From assembly GCF_001194135.2 (NCBI RefSeq), contig NC_068992.1, forward strand, positions 52,913,009 through 52,977,008: DNA of 64,000 nt, read 5' to 3'. The position numbers and the translations under genes are program-made. The first letter of the stretch is position 1. Each line of letters starts with the position of its first letter. The notes beneath the pieces are model-generated. The model was not told the origin of the DNA and did no database searches. It saw only the letters and a list, made by a program, of their open reading frames with translations. The DNA comes from Octopus bimaculoides. Taxonomy: Eukaryota. Below, in pieces: positions 26,781 through 39,486 of the stretch.

Positions 26781-27443
26781 AGGCGTAGGAGTGGCTGTCT
26801 GGTAAGTAGCTTGCTTACCAACCACATGGTCCCGGAGTCAGTTCCACTGCGTGGTACCTTGGGTAGGTGTCTCCTACTATAGCCTCGGGCCGACCAAACC
26901 TTGTGAATGAATTTGGTAGACGGAAACTGAAAGAAGCCCGTCATATATATATGCATGTGTATATACATATATATATATGTGTGTGTGTGTGCGNNNNNNN
27001 NNNNNNNNNNNNNNNNNNNNNNNNNNNNNNNNNNNNNNNNNNNNNNNNNNNNNNNNNNNNNNNNNNNNNNNNNNNNNNNNNNNNNNNNNNNNNNNNNNNN
27101 NNNNNNNNNNNNNNNNNNNNNNNNNNNNNNNNNNNNNNNNGTGTGTTTGTGTGTGTATGTGTTTGTGTGTGTGTGTGTGCGCGTATGTGTGTGTGTGTGC
27201 GTGTGCGTGCGTGTGTGTGTGTTTGCATGTGTATATGTGTGTCTGTGTTTATCCCCCCAACATCGCTTGACAACCGATGCTGGAGTGTTTACGTCCCCGT
27301 AACTTACCGGTTCGGCAAAAAACAGCGATAGAATAAGTATTGGCTTACAAAGAATAAGTTTTGGGGTTGATTTGCACGACTAAATGTGGTGCTCCAGCAT
27401 GGCCACAGTCAAATGACTGAAACAAGTAAAATAGTAAAAGAGA
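26781..27443 (+). mobile_element. SINE family A, full-length best copy; internal microsatellite contains gap 26994-27140
   Basis: tRNA-like head ggagtggctgtctggtaagtagcttgcttaccaaccacatgg..., body, tail gtggtgctccagcatggccacagtcaaatgactgaaacaagtaaaatagtaaaagag. Confidence 0.92.
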
Positions 27444-30340
27444 TATGAACAAACAATTCATTGAATTTAAGTGAACAATATAAATCTCTATTTTTGTTGT
27501 AGCGATATTACATTTTCAAAATGTTTCACATCAACATTCTATTTTTTTCTCACGCCATATTTATTCTCTGGTTGTGTTTGAAATATTTGAAATCTCTCTT
27601 TAGTTTTCTGCAAAACACATTCTGTTAATAGTTATTCTTTCCTTTCCTGTTGTGTTTGAATAACTTTTTTCTTTGCTTACATTGTTCCCAGGTTAAATCT
27701 CAAACTTTTGTATAGTGTGAATTTTTGTTATAATTGTAACACAGGTATATATATATGCGAATATAACAACCTCTGCTTTTTATATTTCCTTTATAATATC
27801 AAGTTATTTATATAACTTTTTGTCTTCTTCTATTGGACATAACATTTTTTTTTACCTTAACTTGTCATTAACTCATGTTTATTTTCATGCTTGTAGTCAG
27901 TTTAAATGTATCATACAATATTTCAGTTATCAATATTATTTGTGCAGTGGGATTTTTAATGATTTTGTTTTTCAGTGCGCCATTAAAATTTTATGTCTGT
28001 ATTTTCCTTATAATGTGGATGTATTGCCTCTTACTTCATACAGTGTGTATTTGTTGGTCCTTTATGCAAATCAGCAAACTAAGAATTATATCCATTGGAA
28101 TCTGAACGAACGAGAGTCGCATAAAAATGGAACCAAAAATATAGTGTATTAAGCGTTTTTATCGATAGAGATAATGTTAAATATATGACCAATTCTATAT
28201 TGATATTCTTAAGCTATATGTTCGATTAATCTTATTATCTGTACAACATGATAGACATGTAAACATTTAGTAAGGTAGGGTAATTGTAATATATTGATAT
28301 CGTTTCTAAACCAGATAATAAACATCAGTACTAGTATCTGCACCTCTAAGTATACAGTAATGACATTTGCAATTGAAAATAAGTGAATTAACAAGATTAG
28401 ATATAAATACTAAGAAGTATTGACAACATTTACAACAAAATACCATTTGCAACTGCTAGTGGCAAATGTCATAATTGTAAACTTATTAGTTATAAAGATG
28501 CTAGTGTTGATATTTATTACTATACTTTTATCATCTCATTGTTTTGCAAGTATTAATATGACATTTTAATAAAACGGCTTCATAGCGTTTCCGTCTGCCA
28601 ATTATACTCGCAGAGTATAGGTTGACTTCAGGCTACTCTGTCAGAGATTTGCTGAAGGCATCAATTAGTGCGATAGAACAGAAGACCATGTGCTTATTAA
28701 ACGAACTCTGCATCCACACGAATATAAACAATATTATGAAAATATTATGAATAATATTGTTATTGAATTCTTTGAAAATATGTTGAATACATGTGTCGAA
28801 TTTGACGATGTAAACAATTAAGTGTTTGTTATATTCAGCTAATAACTTAAAATCTTTGACATGCAGCAGATGTTTGATTGTGACACATTGTATTATATCT
28901 ACATACGATATGTTCATGAATATCAACATTTCGTTTCCACGTTACATGTTTTATGTAACTGCTCATTATTGAAGCAAAATTCACCCGAGATAATTTATCC
29001 AGAATTAATTTCCAAGTAATGAGCTTTTACTCAAAATACATTGTATTCTTGAACCGTCTTTACTTACGTCATATAACTGATGTTTGCACGTTTATGAAGG
29101 CTTACAGCATCCTTTAGCGTCTTTAGACATTCATTATTGGAAGAGTAAATTTTCTACTTTGTAATATGATTGTGATATTTCTATATTAGAAAGACAAATT
29201 ACTGCTGTAGTTCTTAATGATTGATATTTATGTAAAACTTGTAGTGTTGTATTTGTTTATATTTAACCTCAAGACCACGGTGATTTTAATATGTTTAATG
29301 AATAATTTGTATAAATTACTCCTCAGTAAACATTGTTTGAAAAAGTCATTATCCTTGACCAATCTGTATTTTACATATTGTCACTCATAAAAGACTGATT
29401 GTGGAAAATTTATTTTTCAAAACGTTTGTTTTTGAGACTAATAATTAATATTAGAACACTAAAGTGCGGTATGAGGATGAATTGGGTTCTTTTTCTTACA
29501 GGTCCTGCGATCACATACAAATTCAATTGCTGATTACCGTGCTTTTTTCGTCCTTGCATATGTCATTAAGATTTTCCTCCGGTCTTTACCCGTAAATATC
29601 TAAATATCTATGATACAACTTCATAGGAAACAGTTATTTTAGCTGGAAATTTTGCATTTTCTTTTTATGAGAGCTTTCCAGTTGTTTAGACTTTGCTATA
29701 TCTGCATTATTTCTTCAATTGTTATTTTCCCCATAAATATTCTACTGTTGTGACCATTGCATTTAGCATTAATGATAGGGGGCGATCTATCCATTGTTCA
29801 CACTCCAACGTAACGGCTTGCTACTCTGGGCGATGTTTTGATGGCTATTTTGTTTTTAATCTGTTCTTGTTGTTCATTGCAAAATCATTTTCAGCTGAAT
29901 ATCAAATATTAAAAAATAAATCAATAAAAGCACAAACCTTTTGCTATAGCAACGAATTCTGTGATATAGTGCAGATCGTATATGGTAGATTGTCCTTCAT
30001 ATTGTTTTACGTTTTCTCATGCATTCGTTCTTCTGTTATTTGATATTTCTTTTATATTCCCCGCTGTTTGTTTTTAACACTGGGTTTCCGTGACTTTGTT
30101 GATGTTATTAAGAAGCGCAAATCTTTCATTGTGTTTTTACGTTAGTTTTCAAGAGATTTGCTTGTGTTCATACGAGAGGTAGTGATGACGTACCGATGTT
30201 CCTATACGAATGATACACGCACGCCATAAATTTAATATTTTATCATCGTTGTTATTGTTCTTTATATCTGTTTATAATTTAATGGGCATGTTTTCATTTA
30301 TTATTATTATTATTATCATTATTATTATTATTATTATTAT

Positions 30341-30955
30341 TGTTCAGTAGTTTTATTTTTATAACGTGCTTTCACTTCACTACCGAGCGCAGCTCTGTGT
30401 GCCTTGGGTATATGCTGTGGTTTGCTGTGATGCTCTTATGGTTACTGTACTGAAAGTGTTTTGCGTAGGATGTGTGCAGTGCCCAGTAGTGCAATTTTCT
30501 GTATGTTATATATATATGTGTAAGTCCTGGTGTTTTCGTTATGTATTTGTCTGAATATTTTTTTTATTATAACTAAGGCACCTACTATGATAGGAATTGT
30601 TTCTGTTTTTAGATTCCACATTCGAGTTACCTCTATTTCCAGGTCTTTGTATTTTGAAAGTTTCTCCATTTCTTTTAGGGAAACGTTGTCATCTGCTTGT
30701 ATTGATACATCAATTAGAAAGCATTTTTTCCCTTCATGATCTTTGACAACTATATCTGGTCTATTTGCCTTAATTTCTCTATCTGTGTGTATTGGCATAT
30801 CCCAGAGTATGGTTGCTTTCTCGTTTTCTGTGATCTTTTCTGGCGTGTGTTTATACCATCTTTTTTCTGTTGTTATTCCATAGTGTTGGCATAGCTTCCA
30901 GTGTATATAAGTCTCAGCTCTGTCATGTCTGTGAATATATTTCTTCTTAGCCTTA
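30341..30955 (-). mobile_element. R4/Dong-clade non-LTR retrotransposon, 5'-truncated: restriction-like endonuclease domain plus 3' UTR
   Basis: ORF 30442-31125: RHD..YIHWKLC..YGI..KRWYKHTPEKITENEKATILWDMPIHTDREIKANRPDIVVKD..K.CFLIDVS..D.NVS.KE.EKLSKYKDLEIEVTRMW..KT.TIPIIVGAL (PD-D..K RLE motif). Flanked on both sides by (TAA)n. The poly-Ile N-terminus is a microsatellite artefact. Confidence 0.92.
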
Positions 30956-30965
30956 ATTATTATTA

Positions 30966-31051
<86 letters not shown>

Positions 31052-31070
31052 GTTATCATTATTATAATAT
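30956..31070. repeat. (TTA)n microsatellite; similar tracts at 30296-30341, 32107-32168 and 32319-32388
   Basis: Read directly. Confidence 0.97.
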
Positions 31071-31074
31071 AAAT

Positions 31075-31185
31075 CCACGAGCTGGCAGAATCGTTAAGCA
31101 CACCGGGAAAAATGCCTGGCAGCATTTCGCCCGTCTTCCCGTTCTCAGTTCAAATGAACCGAGATCAACTTTGCTTTTCATCCTT
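31075..31185 (+). mobile_element. SINE family B 5' fragment
   Basis: gagctggcagaatcgttaagcacaccgggaaaaatgc...gttctcagttcaaat...caactttgcttttcatcctt is the reverse complement of 54895-55008. Confidence 0.8.
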
Positions 31186-31188
31186 ACA

Positions 31189-31262
<74 letters not shown>

Positions 31263-31327
31263 ATCTCTCTTGCGGCTGTTTTTCAAGGCACATGGTGTAC
31301 ACACTCCAATGTTCATTTTCTTGGAGT

Positions 31328-31376
31328 CAGATATAGAGGACAGATATAGAGGACAGATATAGAGGACAGATATAGA
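31328..31376. repeat. 13-bp tandem repeat x3.8 (cagatatagagga)
   Basis: Read directly; lies at the truncated end of the PLE fragment. Confidence 0.95.
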
Positions 31377-31389
31377 ATTATATATAGAT

Positions 31390-31860
31390 ATATATAATTC
31401 TATTATATTCTTATTCCGTTCAAAGTCTACAATAGGCGGCTGAGGAAATATCTGTTTGAAACGAGGATAGTTTTTCGCCACATGCTGGTAACTTTCAGGC
31501 ATCATTTTTAAAATGCCAGCGAAATTTCGCTGCCAGTTAATCACTAAAGGAATTCTGTCATCTGTTATATTGTGTTTGCTAAAATTATGCGTGAAGGTTT
31601 GACTATCTTTGCCACTCTTAGCAATTTCATTGGCTATTTCCTTGAATCGGGATTCACTGTAACCGTGTTTGACATAATGATGTACAAAAGCATTTGCATG
31701 TTTCCAGTAATCCCCTATGTCAGAACAAATCCGTTTTATCTTCAGCAATTAGGATTTCAGATTTGACGGAATAATATTATGTGGATGATCGGAGCGGCGG
31801 TGGAGATAAATGTGGGATGACGTGGGCTTGTAAAAAACTCTGTCACTATTCTGCCTCCAG
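31390..31860 (-). mobile_element. Penelope-like element fragment: RT C-terminus/thumb and linker
   Basis: GRIVTEF(fs)YKPTSSHIYLHRRSDHPHNII...*LLKIKRICS...HGY...DRIPLVINW...FPQPPIVDFERNKNI follows the PLE pattern T..Y.KPT...YLH..S.HP...L...RICS...GY...R.PLV...F..PP...F.R.KN. Confidence 0.82.
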
Positions 31861-31864
31861 AAAA

Positions 31865-32107
31865 CTAACCTTTTGTGTCCACAAATTCAACACTAGTTTT
31901 TGAAAAACTAGACTTAAATAGGTTCATACATTCCACAATCCAAGAATGCGGGATCATATCGCACGCCTTAATATAATCGATCGAAGACAAGGTTAAGTTA
32001 ATTTTCCCTTTCTGGCAAGATCTAAGTACAGTTTTGTCTACCAGCATTTGACCTTGGTAGCTCTGCAATTACGCATGCAACCCTTCTGCTCATGTGGCAG
32101 GACTCTA

Positions 32108-32108
<1 letters not shown>
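31865..32108 (-). mobile_element. R4/Dong-clade LINE reverse-transcriptase fragment
   Basis: LPHEQKGCMRNCR(fs)GQMLVDKTVLRSCQKGKINLTLSSIDYIKACDMIPHSWIVECMNLF; the EQKGC and IDY.KA.D..PHSW motifs are typical of R4-type RT. 5' end abuts (TAA)n. Confidence 0.85.
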
Positions 32109-32167
<59 letters not shown>

Positions 32168-32168
32168 G

Positions 32169-32317
32169 AAAGAGGGACGCATGCCATCGAAGTCACACTG
32201 GGGTAAAACATGCGAATGTCCAATATACGAATCATCACTACCCGTCTGATAAGGGTACACCAGGCACATGCATCTTATGATCTGTTGATCTTATATCAAG
32301 ATAAACTGCACCAGAAC

Positions 32318-32318
<1 letters not shown>
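32169..32318 (-). mobile_element. Short non-coding retroelement-like fragment ending in (AAT)n
   Basis: ~150 bp of higher-GC sequence (gatgcatgtgcctggtgtacccttatcagacgggtag...) between two (TAA)n tracts; only one copy in the window; family assignment from recollection only. Confidence 0.4.
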
Positions 32319-32377
<59 letters not shown>

Positions 32378-33364
32378 GATTATTATTAGCACTTTCGGCG
32401 TACTAAGAGCAAATACGTCTCCACATAAGAAAATTACATCGTTCATAATACATTACCTCCTCTTAGACACACCTGTATGAAGATTGGTCGAAATAAGCAA
32501 GATGCTGCAACAAAGTAGTAATTGGGGCTTAAAGGGTCCGAATGGGTTGGGAATATTATTTTCAGCTGAACGCTTTCCAGAGGAAATTTTTGCGACTGTT
32601 TTATGGAATGCTCCACCTGGATCTGCACATTTTAATGCCAATGTCTAGAAACTACCTTGAATTTCACCGGTATATGAAATGTTAGGACAGGAATATACGA
32701 AAATGAAGTGCCCTGGGCATATATGATTGTGTCAGAGATTATTCGTTTTTGCGGGTAATTATTTCGGTGTTGGCACAGGTCGTGATGCTATTTATAGTGG
32801 ACTATGTCTTGTACTTAAATATGTGAACCACCCAACGACAGTATTGTCCATGAATGATAATAAGATTAACAGTGTTACCACCCGGATCAAGTTGAAAATT
32901 GTGCTTAGAGTTAGAGATTTTAACTAATCTTACACCTCGCCATGCTTAGCTAATCACTGTGCAATTCTTTACATCCATACAAGCATCGTCATAAATACTT
33001 ACTACCTTGTAAAGAAGTAATAACTATATCATGAAAACTATATATCTATTACATAAATATGCATACAAAAATTGTATACAATTAGTTTTACAAAAATTTA
33101 TGTAAATGTCTTTCTGAAATCGGAAACCGATTACGCTCGTCTTTTTACAAAAATCTTTAAGTTATTGTCAAAGATTCATAGATTAATACACAATAGACGT
33201 CTTTATGTTAATCAATCATCTTAATATTGAGGCTTATATAATCTGAAATGTTTCTTCAGCTATCCTGAAATATGCCTCTAGAAATTTATGCTGGATAAAT
33301 TACTACAAACTTTAACAAGAAATGTATAAACAGAAGCAGCATAACGCACGGGTTTCAGTTTAGG

Positions 33365-33500
33365 AATTGAAATCCTGCCGCTGTTGAATTTGCCTTTCAT
33401 ACATTAGATGCGATGAAATAAATTTCAGGCAAGTACTGGGGTCCAGTTGATCGACTACTTCCAAAATGTCCATAAATTGTGTCTATATTAGAAATTATTT
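33365..33500 (+). mobile_element. SINE family B, decayed 5'-truncated copy
   Basis: gaaatcctgccgctgttgaatttgcctttcat...gatgaaataa...aagtactggggtc...tcgactac...ttgtgtctatattagaaa. Confidence 0.55.
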
Positions 33501-34946
33501 TTAGTGTTGTTGTAAAACAAGTACTTACTCTTGCTATCATTGTTTTCGCTTTTGTTGTTGTTACTGTATATTTACAAGATCTAAGTCTATTTTAGTAGAA
33601 AGCAATTTCCAGTCATTGAAAATGCATTGACATTTAGCCAACTGAAAAATGGTACTAATTGGAATTGTATTAATAACAATGTTCCGCCTAGTTCAAATAA
33701 TAGCTGTCCTTTTATTAAATGCTTGAGAAGGCAGGACAGTTTCGCTGATGTTACCACCATTTATAACGAAAGCTATATCTAATATGTGTTCAACCATTAC
33801 ATCTGATGTAGAATTAATATATGGCCTTTTAGTTTCTCTGTTTCAATCGAAGTATCATTTAAAGTAGATTGATTTTAAGAGTTGATAACTTCAGTTATGT
33901 TCATGTGTCCATCTGACTGTTTATTTTATCTTTCCAGTAAAACCGTAGCTTAGTGAGTGAATTGTGTACTCAAAAGCTTTCAGCTTTTATTTCAAGTTTG
34001 TCCAGTCTTGCATTAAATAGTAAATATATAGCAAATAGTAGAACTGGTTTTCATGGCGGTTTTATCAAACTTCCACGAATAAAATATCTACATTAGTTTG
34101 AATCTATGGGTTCAATATATGTGTATGGTGCTGTAGATATTTAAGACATTGGATAAAGGGTAATAGATAATCTTAAAAGCAAGCTGCTCTTAAGAACGTG
34201 TATAATTACTCACATTAAAGTAGTTCCTTATGTTCAGAGGCATAATGTAATTGCTTTGCCTCTTTCACAATTACCTATGAGTATTTTCTCACTGACAGAA
34301 GTATTGACACACGATTACGGACATTACACTTGAATTTAGAAACACAGAAAACATATATATATATATATANNNNNNNNNNNNNNNNNNNNNNNNNNNNNNN
34401 NNNNNNNNNNNNNNNNNNNNNNNNNNNNNNNNNNNNNNNNNNNNNNNNNNNNNNNNNNNNNNNNNNNNNNNNNNNNNNNNNNNNNNNNNNNNNNNNNNNN
34501 NNNNNNNNNNNNNNNNNNNNNNNNNNNNNNNNNNNNNNNNNNNNNNNNNNNNNNNNNNNNNNNNNNNNNNNNNNNNNNNNNNNNNNNNNNNNNNNNNNNN
34601 NNNNNNNNNNNNNNNNNNNNNNNNNNNNNNNNNNNNNNNNNNNNNNNNNNNNNNNNNNNNNNNNNNNNNNNNNNNNNNNNNNNNNNNNNNNNNNNNNNNN
34701 NNNNNNNNNNNNNNNNNNNNNNNNNNNNNNNNNNNNNNNNNNNNNNNNNNNNNNNNNNNNNNNNNNNNNNNNNNNNNNNNNNNNNNNNNNNNNNNNNNNN
34801 NNNNNNNNNNNNNNNNNNNNNNNNNNNNNNNNNNNNNNNNNNNNNNNNNNNNNNNNNNNNNNNNNNNNNNNNNNNNNNNNNNNNNNNNNNNNNNNNNNNN
34901 NNNNNNNNNNNNNNNNNNNNNNNNNNNNNNNNNNNNNNATATATAT

Positions 34947-34977
<31 letters not shown>

Positions 34978-35031
34978 CATGTATGTATATATATTTATAT
35001 GTATGTATATATATATATTTATATGTATGTA

Positions 35032-35063
<32 letters not shown>

Positions 35064-37959
35064 CAAGAGCGTTATAGTTCGCTTGAAGCATTCTTGAGCA
35101 AAAGTAGAAAAGTGAATGAAAATAAAGCATTAAACAATTCAGAAAGCTTTACATATATAGTTTTTTTTATTCTCCGCAGATACAAGAGTTTTCCTTTTCA
35201 TATCCTTTGGGTTTTCTTTCCGAATCTGTCACAGAGGGAACTACAGAATATCAAAAAATTTCAATATAAACAGTCTTAAACAGGCATATTATATTAGCAC
35301 ATACTTTTGCTGTTTCAATGAGTCGAAATAATTGATTCTGAACCTTATACACGCATCGACGAAGTTTAACTGAGCTCTTTGAAAACTGTGAATATATACA
35401 CTTTCATCGAATATTTATTTGCATTTGATATGGAATCCAGCATATATGAAAGATAAGCAACTTATTGTTTAAAATTTTTCATTAACAGATTATGAATAAC
35501 AGGTATAATTGCTATATTATTCTCTTATATATAGTTACATGTCAATCCCGCCGTCCCTGTTTCTCGAGATGTTTAATGGATAAATCTATGGAGAAGAGTT
35601 ATCGAGAATTGCTTTCGTTCTTCTAAACAATATTACTATATTCATGTCACAACTAATCTTCTAAATCATGGCGGGATAGCGGTGAAAATTCAACTCAATT
35701 TTTTTCTTTTTAAGATGAAATTGCTTCATTCATAAAAATAAGACTTACTATAACCCAGTATATATATATATATATATATATATTGTGCCTCACCCTTATC
35801 ATTACCAGGTTAGGAAGGTCTGGACAGGTGATTACATGCTTTGTATGAATTATATCAATCCAAATAAATGAGTAGTCTTCTGGAGAAATTAAATCTTTGT
35901 GATACGGCAGCTTTTGAGACTTCTAATACAGATTTTCCCTTTATCTCATCTAAGAAAATATTGCCTTCCAACATTAATGAAATATTATTTAAATTACCAA
36001 TATTTCATTCCTTTCACCTTTGATGTTTTGGGTTTAATTATACGGGTTGTAAATGTGATTAGACTATTTTGTACTGCACTACATACATTATGTTTGTGCA
36101 ATAATGTTATACGACGGTTAAGGTGACAGAATCGATAAAACATCAAACGAAATACAATTTTCTATTTAGCTACTTTAATTTTGCTTTTTGAATTCAATCA
36201 ACTCCTTTGTCCAGTTTGTTTTGCAACATTCTGAGGTCCTCAACCTAAGTACATGGAGATCTGTAAAAGATTATGTCGAAACAGAAGTATCACAAATTAT
36301 CAAGAGCAAATGTCTAAGTTTACTAAAAACTTAGAAATAAAAGTAGTTAGTGTCACAAAAGACGTGATTAAAAACATTGAATTTTAAAATCTATTCGGAT
36401 TAAGGTAATAATATTGAGATAAGGCTGAATCATATTGTCATTACTCCACTTCGCTGTTATTAGGAGGTATGAGGCAATTTCACGGAGAATTTTGCTGTAG
36501 AATTCATTTCAGTGCTACATGTGAGCAAAATGCTTATTGACGTTCATATTAATACAACTATTTGATTTTAATGGTATCAGCGAAATTCAGCAGAAATATT
36601 TTATGAACATAGGTACACTCAACATCAATGAAAATTATCCTTAACATTTTAGTTAGTGGTGGGAACTATCAGGAAATAAAACTGAACATAAACAAGGGAC
36701 AGACGTAGGCTAGATGCTTGAAACAATGTTCTACGCTTAAATCAGGCACAGTCGTACAGATAGTGGTAAGAAACAAAACTACATGTTCAAATCATTTTCT
36801 GACCATCACTGTTTGTTATGAAATCGGTTTAGTATACCTAAATGTATATTACGATCCCTCTCGAACAGTTCAATATCAATTTTAATTTCGAGAACTTAGA
36901 TGTATACGAAATGCTTCAAAACCTTGAAATCAATATTTCCAAAGGCACAGTTATGCTAGCATGGAAATATTTTTCATATATAGCCAGCTAGGTCGCAATA
37001 CTTGTCCCTTGCAGTGCTTTCTCTTTCCATCACATCTAATGTGAAGTGATGGCTAAGAATACATTCGGTATCAGTAATACTTTCCATATACCCATTTTAA
37101 TTACGTGGATTCTAAACGAAAAGCAGCCGCATAATTCTCCTCATCGAAAAAGGAATTTAAACATATATGATCAATTCTTCATTCTTCATCTCTAGCTATT
37201 CTAGAACTATATCTATTGTTCAATCTAAGTGATTACAGTATCTGTGTGTTTTTCTTGCATGTAAAATTCGGTTATGTTCTTACTGTTGCATACTCTATCG
37301 CATTATTTATGGTGATAACTTAGTTATCAGGATAATGTCGTTTACTTTTAGTTTCGGAAATTGTAAAGGCTACACAGATAGTTTCTTCGCCTGTATAATA
37401 TTTTTTTAGATCACCTAGTAGATACGATTGAATCACCAATCGGTGAAGTTCAAGTTGATTCATATTGTTGTTGGACATAGATACGTCTGTGCATATTAAG
37501 TAACAAGAAGTGAGATATACGTTAAGATCCAATTTTAAAGAATTCATTCCAGCTGCTTTTACCCCTAGGTAAGTTATATCTAATATGTGACAGATGAAAA
37601 GTTTCCAGCCTTCCTATTCACATCATTTTTTCTAAGATATCGTGTCTACTTTCCTATGTCTCTTTCCGTTTTAATATGATCACCAGTATGTGTGAATCTG
37701 TCAATTTGGGCGCGTAACAAACACGATAGAAATAATAAACAAAACGAAGATACCGGTGTCAAGATGTTAAGTCGCTTTCTAGTTTTTCAGTTCAGAAAAT
37801 ATTATACTGAATGTAACAAATGCAGCCAAAATTAGAATGAGTCAGACAGGTTATTGTAGCGTATTGGAGAGTGAGAGATAAAAATTAATCTCAACAAAAT
37901 CGACTTCAATGCAACTTTTTTCTGTTGGTTTATGTATAAGTTATTAATAAGTGTTTAAA

Positions 37960-38173
37960 ATTTTGCCACAAGGGCAGCCCTTATGAGACAGTTGATGAAT
38001 CGATTACATCGACCCCACCGTTCAACTGGTACTCATGTACTTATTTTATTGACCTCGAAAGGATGAAAGGAAAAGTCGACCTCAACAGAGTTGGAACTCA
38101 AAACGTAAAGACGGACGAAATGCCGCTAAGCATTTTGCTCGACGTGCTAAGGATTCTGCTATCTCATCACCTT
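37960..38173 (-). mobile_element. SINE family B, near full-length, with variant 3' end
   Basis: cgattacatcgacccc...caactggtac...ttttattgacctcgaaaggatgaaaggaaaagtcgacctc...aactcaaaacgtaaagacggacgaaatgccgctaagcattttgc, colinear with 54793-55008. Confidence 0.85.
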
Positions 38174-39486
38174 GTATAATTTATTAATAATGACATCAGA
38201 ATATAAAATTACGCATTTTTATTAAGAGTAAGCAAAGAGATTTTATATACCGATTATTTCACGTGTAGCACTGAATCTCGTTTGACATTTATAAATCCAA
38301 TTATAAATTGAAGAGAAAATAATTTCTATTTAGTTTGATAGAAAACTAGAACTCTTGCGTTTAGAGATTCAGTTGATATTTTGCTGATGGTAGTTTTATT
38401 TATAATACATTTATAACTGCTTTATATACTTCATATTAGCTGGAGTATATTTTTTTCTTATATTGAGAATACTGCATTTTGTATTGACATTCGTTTGTTT
38501 TTCAATTCTGTAATTTCAGATAATTAACAACTTTAGCATTTTCCACAATTCACATATGAAAATATAAAAGTAAAATGAGAATAAAATATGCTGGAAATAT
38601 ATACAAGAAATAAAAAACGGAAAAGCTTAAAAATCCAGTGATTTCAAAAATATTTGACTAGAAGTCATAAATCAAATGCAATATTTTTGTTTTAATCGTA
38701 ATGGAGAATCAAAACATGTGTTGATATATAGAAAGCACCTTTTGACCTTTTTGATTAATTTCACAAGTGTGACAATAAAAAATATTATAGTTCAATATTG
38801 CACTTATATCTACAACAATTTAAAATAGCTTGGTTTAAGAGGAAAAAAAACATAGATATGCCGAAAGAGAAAACGCAAACAAAAATATTTTCAAAATTTA
38901 TTACATTTGTATGTAAATATATATCTACAAGAAGAATTATAAAAAAAATCATATGGAAATATTCTTGGGAATAAATAATTATTAAAAAATATCCTCGAAA
39001 AACATGGATTGAAAAATAATATTTGCTATTCATCATTTATCTAAAATTGCTCTATTTTTAATTCAAAGACATGAAGAATAGAAAACTATGACGTTTTATT
39101 TTTTCGTTTTTTATTTAGTTCGGTATTTTCTAATTAAAAATGTTGTTTCCAGTTTTCATGTTAGAATTTTCACAGATATAGACCATAGAGTGAAATTTAA
39201 GTGAAATGTGTGTAATAAGGATTACATCTCTATCTAAATACTGCAGAAAAAAGATTGTAAAAATTAACATTGTAATATTGAACGAACGGCAACGCTATTC
39301 TCGCATTTCATTGTTAATGTTCGTGACAAAGAATATTATTGATTAAAAACTATCAATACATATACATACATAAATGCATACAAACATACATACATCTGTA
39401 TATCTGTGTGTGTGAGCGCATGTTTATGTGTATATGTATGTATGTATATGTATGTATGTATATGTATGTATGTATATATATTTATA

